Shown: piece after piece, positions 1 to 14,554 of the stretch
How the letters are laid out: each line of letters starts with the position of its first letter
Position numbering within the stretch: position 1 is the stretch's first letter
Source: Octopus vulgaris
Taxonomy: Eukaryota
Length of the DNA stretch: 64,000 nucleotides
Assembly: GCA_951406725.2 (NCBI GenBank)
Contig: OX597826.1
Span: 30,442,001 to 30,506,000, forward strand
Direction of reading: 5' to 3'
Notes under the pieces: generated by a model
Seen by the model: the letters and a program-made list of their open reading frames with translations, nothing else
Told to the model about the DNA's origin: nothing
Database searches by the model: none
Translations under genes and position numbers: made by a program

Positions 1-1040
1 TAGTGCCGAGATCAACTTTAAAATTCATCGTTTTTGGAATCGATGAAATAATAAAGTATCACTCAAGTACAGCAGTCGATGATTTCTCCAAATCCCCTCG
101 CCTTAAAATAGCTTCTTTGAAACTGAAATTGGGGAAGAACAAAATGTTTAATGACAATTCTTCCTGCTCTTTACATTTCTGAATGTAAATACGTCTGAAA
201 TCAACTCTGATTTTCGGATTCAATAAAGTAGAATACTAGTCAATCACTAGTGTCGGTGCACACCACTTTACCACCCTTCTAGTTAAAATGGCCGACTTTG
301 TACCGATATTAGAAAACTGATTATTAAAACCGTAACAAGAAAAAGCCTCAAAGCTGACACGATAGTTTTTCTAGTTCATCGCATGTCTCCATGGTTCTCC
401 AATTGATAAGAAGTCTGTATATTTCGGGGATTTTGTTTTTTAATTTATTTTATCGGAAAATATTAATCAACAGAGGTTTTGCTTTATTTTTTCATTTTGC
501 TATGATGTTATTCAATATTGAGCTGAATTCCTCTTTGATCATGAAAATTTACATCCGATAGTTTTTATCAACCTGCACTTATATATATTTCATCACTTTC
601 ACACACATAAAAATGAAATCCAGCCTAAAACCAAATAAGAAGTGACTACATCTTTTGTGGAAAAAAAAAATGGCTTGCAATTTTCGAAATCATTGTTTAT
701 AAGACGTCTTAAATTCCAATCCATTCCCTGTAAGCCTTGTTCACGTGACTGTTACACGTGATTGAAGATTAATTAGGATTCTCTCAAGCTTTTTACGCAT
801 ATTTATTCATAAACCTCCGTTGTGCTGCCAACGTGAAATTACTGTCGACCAGTGAATCTTGTACTGTTATGTAAATGAATCGTCATACATAGTATTTTAA
901 TCACTGCGGAGTGTGATTTTAGTACACTCACACACACATATATATATACACAGACACGCACACATATATATACACACAGACACACATATATATATGTATA
1001 TACACATATATACATAAGTATGTATACATATATAAATATG

Positions 1041-1094
<54 letters not shown>

Positions 1095-1276
1095 TATATA
1101 TATGTATGTATATGTATATATATATACATGCATGCACATAGATAAATAGATACATACATGCATATATATATTATATATTATAATAATATATATATTATTT
1201 AGGAAGTTAAAAGTTATGGCCGGTCATAGAGTGACAATTGGTTTCGCATTTATAAAAGTCTTAGCATTATAGATGA

Positions 1277-1519
1277 CGGTATCAGGACAAAGTCCTCCAA
1301 GGACAAAATCTCCTGAGGACAAAATCCTCCCGGAACAATTTAAACAAAAATATTAATTAATAGATATTTAACATTTTTTAAAATAAAATTTCACTTTCCT
1401 AAATTATCTTTATTTTAAAGAAAGAACGATATTGATTGCCAGGGGAAATATTTTGTCTGGGGTGGGGATTTTGTCCTCTGAAAGGATTTTTTCCTCGGGG
1501 GCATTTTGTCTTAGTACCA
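1277..1519. mobile_element. MITE (non-autonomous DNA transposon) with GGACAAAA-rich subterminal repeats
   Basis: Imperfect TIRs ggtatcaggacaaa / tttgtcttagtacc; repeated ggacaaaatc on the left and ttttgtcc on the right; imperfect flanking duplication tagatga (1270-1276) / taggtga (1520-1526). Confidence 0.7.
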
Positions 1520-1786
1520 TAGGTGACTTATCAGACTCAACTACCTAAATAATACATTACTGTTCTAATGCTTTAGACTGTGCTTCCTTTTTGGACATAT
1601 CAAACACTGACGATGCGTGTATGTCTGTCTGTGTTAGGAGGAAACGTTTGACTGTAACAGAAGTAATAATTATGTTAAGTATGTGCTCTATAAAGAAGTA
1701 TTGAGCCTTCAGTTTAATATAAAAATGGTGTTATATATAACTAGACCTAAAAACAAACATGTAGATGGGTAGATAGCTAGATTTAT

Positions 1787-1870
<84 letters not shown>

Positions 1871-2100
1871 ATGTATATGACTATATGAAAACACATACTC
1901 ATGTACACACAACATACACGACACACACACTCACACATGCACACACACACACATATGTAAATATCAATGTAAGTCCTGAGATTGTTTTTATTCTGCCAAA
2001 ACAATCTCCAGTCGTTTCTTTAACCCCAATTGATCATTATGACACAACGAAATAAAGTTAGGAATTTTTAAATGACCAACAGATCGTTAAAATTATATTA

Positions 2101-2220
2101 AGATCTGTAAGAGAGAATAGAGAAGAGAACTGGAGTTTCTGAACTACTGTAATGATATGAAGATCTGTAAAAGAGAATAGAGAAGAGAACTGGAGTTTCT
2201 GAACTACTGTAATGATATGA
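2101..2220. repeat. 60-bp tandem duplication (2 copies)
   Basis: 2101-2160 and 2161-2220 differ at one base. Confidence 0.95.
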
Positions 2221-2600
2221 AGCACCATTTCATACAGAAACTGTATAGAATATAGAATGATTGAGGGAATAATAATATTCACTACATATGTTAAGCAAAT
2301 AGAAAATATTACTCGTGAAATTACAGAATCTATTTCAAATCAATCATATGTCGTAAAATATAATCCAAATGAATTATACTTCGTGATGCTTGTTTAGTTA
2401 ATGGTTAGACCTGATCTGGTATATTTATTATCGGCGTGTTTCCAGCCATAAATATGTCGCTGTTTAACGCTTGTCGGACCATAGACTCCAACCATTATTA
2501 ATTTAAAAATAGAGATTGTAGATTTTGATATGAATGAAGTTCGGTAGTAATGGGGAGTAAAGTTGCAAGTTCCCAAGTTTTGGGTGGTTTTAGTTATCTA

Positions 2601-3006
2601 TTTACTCTTTACTCTTTTACTTGTTTCAGTCATTTGACTGCGGCCATGCTGGAGCACCGCCTTTAGTCGAGCAAATCGACCCCGGGACTTATTCTTTGTA
2701 AGCCCAGTACTTATTCTATCAGTCTCTTTTGCCGAACCGCTAAGTGACGGAGACGTAAACACACCAGCATCGGTTGTCAAGCAATGCTAGGGGGACAAAC
2801 ACAGACACACAAACACACACACATACATATATATACATATATACGACAGGCTTCTTTCAGTTTCCGTCTACCAAATCCACTCACAAGGCATTGGTCGGCC
2901 CGGGGCTATAGCAGAAGACACTTGCCCAAGATGCCACGCAGTGTGACTGAACCCGGAACCATGTGGTTGTTTAGCAAGCTACTTACCACACAGCCACTCC
3001 TGCGCC
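2601..3006 (-). mobile_element. tRNA-headed SINE, family A (full length)
   Basis: Reverse complement closely matches 47140-47596: tRNA-like head (gtggctgtgtggtaag...ggttcagtc), cttgggcaagtgtctt body, internal microsatellite, (gtaaaaga)n tail. Confidence 0.85.
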
Positions 3007-3151
3007 TATTTATTTATTTTTACTTTTTATTTTTATTATTATTTTATTTTATTTTTGCACCACAGACAGATTTCATCCAAGACAGAGTTTCCAAAGACCG
3101 GGCACTATCATACCTGTAACAAAGCACAATAAAGACAATATTATATTGTGA

Positions 3152-3405
3152 AAGATCGTGGCTTAGTGATTAGGTCATTCGACCCTCGATCATAAGATCA
3201 TGAGTTCGGTTCCGGGCAGCGTTTTGTATCCTGGAACAAAAAAAACTTTATTCCACATTACTTCCAGTCCACTAAGCTGACAAAAGTGAATCGTACCTGA
3301 AATTCAGGTGAGCGGGCCTCGCCACATTCTTTGTCGTGTCTGTGGAGTGCTAAACCACTTGCATATCGATTTCACGAACAGCCAGTTGCTCGGATCAACT
3401 GGAGT
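3152..3405 (+). mobile_element. tRNA-headed SINE, family C (diverged)
   Basis: gtggcttagtgattagg...gagttcggttccggg head, similar to 47633-47878. Confidence 0.55.
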
Positions 3406-3439
3406 GCCACTTATATGTATATGTATATATTATATTTAT

Positions 3440-3712
3440 TTTAGTCATTATACTGCAGCCATGCTGGAGGACCACCTTTAGACGAAGAAAGCCATACTAG
3501 CATTGGCTACCAAGCGATAATGGGGGTAGAAACACAGACACACAAACATATATATATACGACGGGATTCTTCCAGTTTTCGTCTACCAAATCAACTCACG
3601 GGGCTTTGGTCGGTCCGAGGCTATAGTAGAAGACACTTGCCCAAGCTGTCAAGCAGTGGACTGAACCCGGAACCATGTGGTTGGGAAGCAAGCTTCTTAC
3701 CACACAGTCACG
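3440..3712 (-). mobile_element. SINE family A (internally deleted)
   Basis: Shares agaagacacttgcccaag...ctgaacccggaaccatgtggtt with other family A copies. Confidence 0.75.
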
Positions 3713-4079
3713 TCTATATATATTACATATATCCGGCCATTGCGAAACAAATACCTGGTGTTGAACTCAATATGTATATGCTTCAGAACGAAGTGTTAGT
3801 CGAGTGCATAGCGGTCGTAAGACTATGAAGAAATGACAATGGGATTAACGATTAGCTTATGAACTTCATTTGCTTACAGGTGTTTCTGTTATAATATGCA
3901 GTGAACTCAGGGTTGAGTGTCTGAGAAACATCTTAAAGCCTACTTCATAAATTGCGCTTCATATTCAGCGCTCCAATGATGTTATTAGTTGCTACTCAAG
4001 AGCACTCAAATAAGAGTCCTCTGCATCTTTTATAAGACAATCATTTATTCACTTGTCATCTCATTTTCTTATTACCGCA

Positions 4080-4153
<74 letters not shown>

Positions 4154-4258
4154 TATATATATATATATAAAGTTAATCCAAACAAGAAAGTACAAAAAAA
4201 ACACAACAACGCGATGTCGTGGAACAAATATAGTATTATTGGACGCTCAGGAAAGGAG

Positions 4259-4293
4259 GTTTAACGTTTCGAGCGGAGCTCTTCGTCGGAAAC
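4259..4293 (-). ncRNA. Minimal type I hammerhead ribozyme-like motif (CCGACGA core)
   Basis: Minus strand: gttt CCGACGA a gagc-tcc-gctc GAAA cg TT aaac; stem I gttt/aaac, stem II gagc/gctc; lies in a short element flanked by (TA)n. Confidence 0.6.
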
Positions 4294-4560
4294 ATAGGAG
4301 AAGGAAAGATCCAGAGAAAGGAAGACTGAGGGAAAAAAATCGCTAAAAGTACACACGAGGTCACATTTTGAAAGCATATATATATATATATATGTGTGTG
4401 TGTATGTGTGTATGTGTGTGTGTGTAAAAGTATAGGCCAGAAATTTTACTCCGAGTTTCGGTTAACTCCGGGTAAAACGTTCTAATGTTTTTACATATAT
4501 ACCAATTTATCAATCAGTCTGTCTATCTATTTATGTATGTATGTCTGTATGTATGTATCG

Positions 4561-4649
<89 letters not shown>

Positions 4650-4965
4650 TATACATATATATACAAACATAGGAACACATGCACAAATATATACACACAT
4701 GTATATATGTACGTATATATGCCTCCATATATCAAACGTAAATGCATTTACCATACCAAAATAGGTTTACGTTGGTGATATTTAATATATCACAACCGCT
4801 CTGAAAGAAATTGGGTTTTCTATAAATATCTTTTACACATGGAATATTTCTTCTAAGTATGAGAAACATTATACCACCGATAATGATAAACATACATACA
4901 CACACATATACGCACATACATACACGCACATGTATACATACACACACGCATTTATATATACATAT

Positions 4966-5009
<44 letters not shown>

Positions 5010-5203
5010 ATATGTATATATTTACATATATATTTTCATAAATATGTATATATATGTATATAATATATATATGTAAATTTATACATATATATATGTATAA
5101 ATTTAGATATATATATATTTCTATATATATATATATATTTATATATATACATAAACATATTCATATATATATATATATATTCATATATATATATATATGT
5201 ATA

Positions 5204-5243
<40 letters not shown>

Positions 5244-5291
5244 TATACATATATATACATATATACAGGTATATATTCATTTATACATGTA

Positions 5292-5330
<39 letters not shown>

Positions 5331-6149
5331 CACATACACATATATTCATGATTGCATGCATACATAGATGAATGTCTATATATATATATATAATATTCGT
5401 ATAAGCACGCATAAATATAAATTTATTCATATACATACATACAGGTATATACAGATATATATTCATATATATTCACGCATGTATATGTACACATGTATAT
5501 ATACATAAATACATGCACATACACACACGTATCGCAAACACTGTTATACATACATACAATGACATACATACGCACATTTATACACACATATATAAACATA
5601 TGTGTGTAATTCGGTGCAGAAGAGAATCAAAGAGAAGCAATGGAGAAAGGGATAGCGTGATCTGTCTAACAGTCTTTAGCAATTCTTCATTCCATTCCTC
5701 AATATTGTTTTCTCGGTTTATACAGTTATAACTGTTTTTGTTCTTTCTACGTTCATTTTTTTTTCTACTTCCCCTGCCGGCATTTTGAAACTAAGCAATA
5801 TCTACGAAAAGGGAAATCGGGAAATGAATCTTATCAACTATTTATTAATAATTCTTTCGACCAATTTTCTGCTTGCCAGATATTTCTCAGGCACTAAATA
5901 TTAAGAATGGTTTCTTTATAATTTTATCAGGCTCTTTCCGAAAATAGGTACAACAATATTAGACCGTCGCCGCCGTTGACGCAGCAAAATTCTATTTGTT
6001 CTCGAATCATCTCAAACGTTATTGCTGAACCAACGAATGTTCGGGACGTATATAACATAGTTATCGTTGTCGTCGTCATCGTTGTCATCGCCTTTGTCTT
6101 TGTGGTTGTTGTTGTTTTTGTCCTCATCGTTATTGTCAAAGTCATCGTC

Positions 6150-6660
6150 ATCCCTCACCACCGCCACCACCACAAGAACCACCACAACCACCACCACCAC
6201 CACCACCACCACCACCAGAACCGCCAAGGCCACCAGAACCACCACCACTACCAGAACCACCACCACTACCAGAAACACCACCACTACCAGAAACACCACC
6301 ACTACCAGAAACACCACCACTACCAGAAACACCACCACTACCAGAAACACCACCACTACCAGAAACACCACCTCTACCAGAACCACCACCACTATCAGAA
6401 CCACCACCACTGCCAGAACTGCCGTCACCAGACCCCCCCACCACCAATACCAAAACAACCACCAGTACCAAAACCACCACCAATAGTAACACCACCACCA
6501 CCTCCATCATCACCCTCACCATCATCATCATTATCACCCCTATCAACAGCACCATCACAGACGTCATCATCTTCATCATCATCCTCATCATTACCACTAA
6601 TACCAGCTCCACCACCACCACCATTCTCATCACAATTCTCATCTTCATCTCATTACTATA
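6150..6660. repeat. (CAC)n-rich low-complexity tract with 18-bp minisatellite (ccagaaacaccaccacta)
   Basis: About 10 units of 18 bp at 6230-6420; produces the His-, Thr- and Gly-rich pseudo-ORFs in the track. Confidence 0.9.
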
Positions 6661-7974
6661 AACAACAACTACATCGATGTTGACCTTGCTGTGAATTGAA
6701 CTCAGGCTACGAAAATCCGGAAGATATAACGTGATACTATTCTATACAACGCTCAGCCCACTTTGCCAATCCGCCATCTTCCCATATGGTTTAGCGTAGG
6801 TGATACAGCGTAAATGTAGCAGAGGCTTAAGTTAAAAGGGTTGTTGCTGCTGTTGTAGGTGCTGTTGTTGTTGCTGTTATTGTGGTAGTTATAATTGTTG
6901 TGGCTGCTAAACCCTCAGCCAGTCTTCTTGAAGAAGATATTTTGTCAAAATCATTCAAATTTAATCTATCCTACTCTTTTATTTACATTTCTTTTCATGC
7001 ATTGTGTATCTTGGACAGCATTATCTAAAGTGACCTTTACTTTCTTCAGACATAAGAGGAATATTTTGCTGCGACCTTCAGCAGGTCGAGAGAGAGCTTA
7101 GAGGTTTTTCTATGGCATCTTTAGCGGTCGCCATGGCAATAATAGTAATGGAGGGGTTGGTAGGCAGCTGTGTGTGTATCGAAGGGGGAGTTTGTCATTG
7201 GTGACAAGCTAGTGGCGATGATAGTGAAGATGGTGGTGTTGGTGAGAAGGGGAGAGGTGGTGCTGGTGATGGTGGTGGGGGTGGTCATGATGGTGGGGGT
7301 GATTGTAATGAGGGTAATTCTGATGCCGGTTGTCGTGAAGGATGTGGTGATGGTGGTTGTGGTGGTGGTGGTGGTAGTGGTGGTGGTTGTAGCTATGTTT
7401 ATAGTGATGTGGTGGTAATGAAAGCTTTACTTCTATACTATTACTACTACTACTAATACGGCTACTGCTGCTGCTGCTAGTGCTCTTAAAGCTATTTTTC
7501 TGGTATTTTTGCCTGCTAGTTTTTATTGCGCGTTTATAAAATTTAGCTTATTAATGAGTTAAAAAAAAGACTATCGGACCGAGCATAAAACTGAAGAATA
7601 ACGATGCCTCCTGCTAGAGAGAGCACTTCTTTCGATAAACCAAAAAAAAAATAAGAAAAAAAAACACTATGAAAGCAATGACGTCATTGGAACTGAATAC
7701 AAATATATAAATAAATAAATATATAAATACATAAATATATAAATACATAAATATATGAGAGGAAAATAAGCTATGTTAAATTGGAGTCAAGGACATTTCG
7801 ATATCAAAATTATCCTCATCGATATTGCAGTAATGGAATTAATTTCCTTTCGTTACAAACTACAAAACAAAACAAAGAAAAATAGATTAAAAAGACAAAA
7901 ACAAAATGGAAGTTGATTGAGAATTAGTTACGTTGTTACATTGCAGTTCAAAATCAATTTCAATGTACTTATTG

Positions 7975-8014
<40 letters not shown>

Positions 8015-8297
8015 TATGTATGCATGTATTTGTGTGAGGGATGTGGATATACAAACATGTATATGAATATGTATGTAAGTATGTGTGTGGATATATATAT
8101 ATATATACATATATGTTTCTATATGTATATATTTGAATATATACATGCATATGTTTATATATACATAAGCGTATTTATACATATATAAATGTGTGTATAT
8201 GTATATATATATTTATACATATATATCTATATACACACACTTACATATATATGTGTATACGGCGGTGCCCCAGCATGGCCACAGCTCTGAGCTGAAA

Positions 8298-8339
<42 letters not shown>

Positions 8340-8822
8340 TATATATATATATATATGTATGTATACACACATCTATATTATATTATGTTATATTATATTA
8401 TATTATATATGTATGATTTTCCTGTCAATTTGAGGACCCAGCGTTATAGCCATTCGGTTACCTTCCCAGATGGTTTGTTTTCAGCGCTGAAATCTTGTGT
8501 AGGACCAACCTCAGTTTTTGGAAATGCTAACAACAGAAAGTGAGTGACAATGTTTGCCGCTTTGCTACAAGCTCAATGAAAACTCTGCCTCAGAGTTTTC
8601 AATCTACAGGAGTATTCGCCACTACCGTACATAATATATATATTTTGTATTTGTATGACCATTAAGTGTCATGAGTTCATCCCACTTTTGAGGGGTCGCG
8701 TTTTCATCTTGCTGGACCCCCGAAAGCGACTCTACTCATCAAGCAGGCTGGGTGGTGTTGCCAGTTTAGGCGCCGGAAACTAAAACATGCAACCGGTTGT
8801 ACTGGTTTAAATGTTAGCAGTA

Positions 8823-8915
<93 letters not shown>

Positions 8916-9082
8916 TGTGTGTGTGTGTATGTATATATATATGTATATATATAAATAGATATATATATGTATATATATGCGTATATGTATATATATATGT
9001 GCATGTATACACATATATAACACATACATATACAAATATATATACATATATATACATACATATATATATATTCTAGCAAAAA

Positions 9083-9120
9083 CTGTCCGATGAACGGCAA
9101 CGGGAAACTCAGAGTAACAG
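9083..9120 (+). ncRNA. Minimal hammerhead ribozyme-like motif (CCGATGA core)
   Basis: ctgt CCGATGA a cgg-caa-cgg GAAA ctc-a-gag TA acag; stem I ctgt/acag and stem III ctc/gag are perfect, stem II has one mismatch; GUA triplet; adjacent to (TA)n. Confidence 0.6.
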
Positions 9121-9307
9121 GGTTTGTTGAATTTTCTGCTACTTTAAATAAAGTATATATATCTATTATATAGACGTTATATATTTGTATATATATTTAT
9201 ATGTATAGAGCAATACGTGAGTGTGTGTGTGTATGTTTGCGTGCGTGAGTATGTATGTGAGTGTGTATGAATGTTTTTATGCTTGTACATATATATATAT
9301 ATGTGTA

Positions 9308-9344
<37 letters not shown>

Positions 9345-10001
9345 ATGTATTTATGTATATATGTATGTATATATGTATGTATGTATATATGTATGTATAT
9401 ATAATGTGCATATGCATGCACACACTCACAAACGCACATATGCATTTCTTCCTATGAATTAATTTTAGTGAAAAATTGAATTTAAATGATTTTACTTCAT
9501 TTTTCATTTCAATAATAATTTTTTTTATTTTTGTATTTTGCTATTTATGTGTTTTTCCCCCTTTCATCGCTCCATTGTATATAATTTAGTTTTTAAAAAA
9601 ATATTATATTCACTAATGCTACTTTATCTGCAATTATTTCTCTTAAAAGAGTCCTACAAATTTAGTTGTGTTGCCGTTTCGACGTCTTCTATGACGTGTA
9701 ATTATCCGCAGAAAGAATTATATATCGGTTTGAGAAATAATAACAATCACAGATTTTAGCGAAGTGGATGGTTTATGAGATGATAATCGATATGAATTTG
9801 TTGTGCTAAATTTGTCTGTAAAAACAAAATCACTAGTATTCTGAAATATATATGGGAGCTATATTGTACTACTACGATAAAGTGAAACGAAGTCAAAATA
9901 GCAGACATTTTAATGGCTGACAGACAGACGTTACTAAATTCATAATAAATTTTTCTCCGACGTTATTCGGGTGTAGAAAAAGATCGATAAAACAATAAAT
10001 T

Positions 10002-10068
<67 letters not shown>

Positions 10069-10764
10069 CGTGCGTGTGTGTTTGGAGTGGTGGGGAGAAT
10101 AATTATAATGAAATATGATTAAATATTCCTTTCTAAATTAGAATAATGATTCTAGTTTATATAAGAATAAATCGTTTCATTTCCGTGTAATTCTTATTGG
10201 CTGCATTTTGCTTTTTTCGTTTTTTGTTCTAGTTCTGGGTAGAATTAATTGGCGCTGTATGATGGATTGGTAGAATCTAATAGCGGTCTTTGGTAAGTTT
10301 GGCACAAAAATTAACGGTGTCAGACAAAACGTTACGATATTAAGGAAGGTCACGTTCACATTCAGAGTTCAAATATCACCGGGTTCAATGTTGCTCTTTA
10401 TCAATCTAGAATCGATAACATAGAATACCATTGAAGTTCTAGATAGCCGGTTCGCAAACTTTCGTAGCTCGGCGCTCCCTTTCGCTGAATACCATTCCAA
10501 AAGTATCCTCTTCCTAATTTTTCCGAAAGAAATATAAAAGAAAGATTAAAAAAAAAAAACAAGATTATTTTAATGAAACATAAGCCCCGTGGTTTATTAC
10601 TCATTGGTGCAGGTACGAACGTATGGTTAAGAAGCTTGCTTTACACCTGCAATGTTTCAGGTTCAGTCCAATTGTGTGGCAAATAATTTTTACTATATTC
10701 CCTGGTCGATCAGACCAGAAGCCCGATATGTATATAAATTCTTTTTTCTTTTTGTTTTTTTCCT

Positions 10765-10967
10765 TTATATTTGTTTCAGTTGAATGCGGCCATACTTGAG
10801 CACCGCCTTTAGTCGAGCAAATCGACCCCAGGACTTATTCGTTGTAAACCTAGTACTTATTCCATCGGTTTCTTTTGTCGAACCGCTAAGTTACAGGGAC
10901 ATAAACACACGAACATCAGTTGTCAAGCGATGGTGGTGGGGACAAACAAAGACGCACAAACATATAT

Positions 10968-10999
<32 letters not shown>

Positions 11000-11189
11000 T
11001 CATATATATACACACACATATATATACGACGAGCGTCTTTCAGTTTCCGTCTACAAAATCCACTCACAAGGCTTTGGTTGGCCTGGAGCTATAGTAGAAG
11101 ACACTTGCCCAAGGTGCTACACAGTGGGACTGAACCCGGAACCGTGTGATTGGTAAGCAAGCTACTTAACACACAACCACTCTTGCGCC
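10765..11189 (-). mobile_element. SINE family A (full length)
   Basis: Colinear with 2601-3006. Confidence 0.85.
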
Positions 11190-13281
11190 TATGTGTGTGT
11201 GTGTGCTTGTGTTTGCGTTTTACCTCCCCCACCACTCGACAAACGACGTTGGTTAGTTTACGTCCTTTAACATAGCTATTCCCTGCCTGCAATTTACCGT
11301 TTTAATTATAAAAGATACAAAAATGCAAAAAAAATGAAGAAAAAAAGGTCTTCGAACTGGCAGAATTGTTACCAGAACCGGACAAAATGCTTAGCGGCGT
11401 TTCTCCTGACTCTTTACATTCGGCCTGCTTTGCTTTTTATTGTTTTGGTGCTGGGGGATTGAAGAATCGACTTATCGTCTCCCTTATATATGCTAGACTT
11501 GTGCCTGTATTAGGAACAATTATAAAAACTAGGGAATGAACGTGATTTTTGTTTGTTTTACATCAAAGCAAGTTATTCGTTGTCTGACGATGATGTTTCC
11601 AAGACAATTGCTCTTAAATGCTAAAAGATTTGCCCTTTCTCTCTGTTTCACCATCTCTCTCCATCTGTCTATCCAATTTTTTGTCTACCAATCTATCTCC
11701 TTTAACATATATGTGTGTGTCTGTGTCTGTGTTAATGACATGTATATGTGTGCATCTTTGTATTATACATTTGAAAATTAATTTTACCTTTCAAAAGTAA
11801 AGAACAAAGAACATCAAAAATTAAAGCCTAGATTACTTCCTTTTTCTTTCTTATATTAAATTTCGAAAAAAAAAAAAAAACTTAAACCCATCCTCTGCCT
11901 TAGTTCTAGCTCAACACATTTAAGAATATTCTGCAGCCGATTAACTATTTATTCCACTTTAAGAAAATGGTAATCATGAACATGAAACAAAAACAAATTA
12001 CAGTTAATCTCTTTTAGCTAAACCCTTAAATTTAATTACCATTTACGAAAATTAGGGGAAGGGGCATTTAATATTTTTTTCTTTTGAGATTCTTAAATTA
12101 AATAAACAGTCTACAAAATTTTGAAAAATACGTACTTTAGCCTAATATCTTCGTTAGTAATTATAGCGTTTCTTCATCATTTTTCCATTTATATTTTTAT
12201 TTGTAATATACTTTCTTTTTAAATCTTTGCAAATAACGTTTTAAGTAGCCTTTTTAAAAGTTTTCTTGGGAAAAATTTAATTACCAACAACAAACACGCG
12301 TATGCGTACGCAGACTACACACACATGAAAGCACATGCAAATGCATACACATCCCACTTACACGCATACACACACACACTTAGAATTTTAAAACCTCATA
12401 TTCATTATTTGGAACAATGTAATTTTCTTAAATCTGAACAACGTTTCACATGAGCGGATAAAAACAGCAGCAATTCTTTCATTGTCACAGAAGACTGCGT
12501 TTTGATGCATTCCTAATATGCCTACAGGGTTAAGGAGAAGCAATATGGCCGGTTGCATATAATCTTGAACTAGTAAACATGCAAATTGTATTCGTACCAG
12601 TTTTTACCACGAGTAGAGATGAAAAAAGAAACAATATTCGAGTTATGACCGTCTAGTCTTTCTGTTTTCTTTTTCTTTTTAATAGTCTACTTCGGGCTGC
12701 GTTATCCTGTTCCATTTCTGAAGACGGTAAGAAATGATTTAAGGCAGATTTGGCCGCGATTTCGAACAAATAGATCGCATAGAATTCCCCTCTTGGTTTT
12801 TTCATATTCAAAAGCACTGAAACGATGATTTCTACTTTCAGGTTTAAGAACATTAGATAAATAAACCGGTAGAAGCAATTTACCCGATCGAAGAAAATTA
12901 TAGTTATTTATTCATAAAAACATTAATGTGGCATTTCAGCAATATTGCTTTTCTCCGAACCCTTGCATCACATTCTTTCTTATATTTGATAAGGAGCATC
13001 TTTCCCGAAATATTAGAAATAATAAACAACCTACGTAAGGTAATGCAGTGTCTCCTTTCTGCTTTTATTATCCGACATCACCTTAAATACTGTTCTTCTC
13101 ATCTATATTGCTAAAATGTTTTTTGTGTGTGGAGGGTTCACATTTATAACATTTACAACAAATGCAATACTCAAATCAAATTACAATGCTCTTCAAAACT
13201 TTTATGTTTTCCGTGAAAACAAAGGAAAAAATTATGCTCAGCTGGCTTTGGGACTCGAGTATATTATTATCCCTTTTTACA

Positions 13282-13490
13282 GGCAGCGAGCGGGCTGAAT
13301 CGTTGGGCAAAATGCATAGCGCTATTTCGTCCGCCTTTACGTTCTGAGCTCAACTGCCATTAAGGTCGACTTTGCCTTTCATCCTTTCGGAGTCGATGAA
13401 ATAAGTACCAGTTGTGTACTGGGGTCGATGTAATCAACTAGGCCTTTCCACCAAAATTTCAAGTCTTGTGCCTGTAGTAGAAAGAATTAT
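13282..13490 (+). mobile_element. SINE-like repeat family B
   Basis: ggcagcgagc...gaatcgtt...gtcgactttgcctttcatcctttcgg...ggggtcgatgtaatc motif shared with many copies in the window. Confidence 0.75.
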
Positions 13491-14208
13491 CATTATTTGT
13501 AGATTTCATCCATTCCTCGGTAAGATTTGAACTAGTGTTAAAGACTTTTTAGGACATCACCCTATCATTTTTAATGATTTTGTAACATCATCAGAGTCAC
13601 TAATTACATCATTTTACGTTCTGTTTTAAAATAAATCACGGTCGATTCTGCATCTCCTACGTTCTGAGTCGATAAGGTAAGTTCCAGTTCAAATTACTGG
13701 GATCGATAAATCAATCACCTATACTTCGCTTCGTCCCCCATTGCTTATGGTTTTGTGTAGAAATCATTAGATTTGAAGTAGTTTGGGGAATATATAATTT
13801 AACTATCGTGGAGAATTAAAATATATACACGCATTAACACGTGCGCGCCAGTGCGTGTTTGCGCAAGTACTTGTGTGCATGCATATGTGTATATATGCAC
13901 AAGTAATGCATAAATCTATATCTAGCAATATATTGCACAGATAGAGAGGCACACGTTTATAGTCATAAACCTACATGTACATAAATATATACTTATATAC
14001 TCACATATATAGGTATTATATATGTACACATTTACATATATATGCATATATATGTATATGTATGTATGTGTGTGTGCGTGCGTGTATATGTATATACATA
14101 CGCATATATATACATATACTTATATTTACATACACACATGTATATAAAAACATATATATAAGATATGTATATATATAAATATATATATATATGTATGTAT
14201 ATATATAT

Positions 14209-14300
<92 letters not shown>

Positions 14301-14502
14301 ATTAATACTAGGCTGATGATTCATTCACTGCGTCGTTACATCGAGTTTCTAGATTGCGTCCGTTCGATCAGGCGACAAACAATTTTGTCGCCTGAACGAA
14401 CACATACAAGTATATCTGTATATAAATAAGAAGCTAATAATAAAAGCCACTTACCAATGCAGGATTGGAGATATCTAAATAATCTGCCTGTCTGTGTGTC
14501 CG

Positions 14503-14554
<52 letters not shown>

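Noticed and set aside
5976-6683. His-rich or Gly-rich ORFs (QKHHHY / GGVSGS repeats) resembling structural proteins
   Set aside because: Open in several frames on both strands because of a CAC-derived minisatellite; no signal peptide or splice support.
8690-8750. Possible hammerhead on the minus strand (ttgatga...gaaa acgcg)
   Set aside because: Stems I and II do not pair convincingly and there is no valid cleavage triplet.
14312-14352. CTGATGA hammerhead core
   Set aside because: No downstream GAAA or closing stems.
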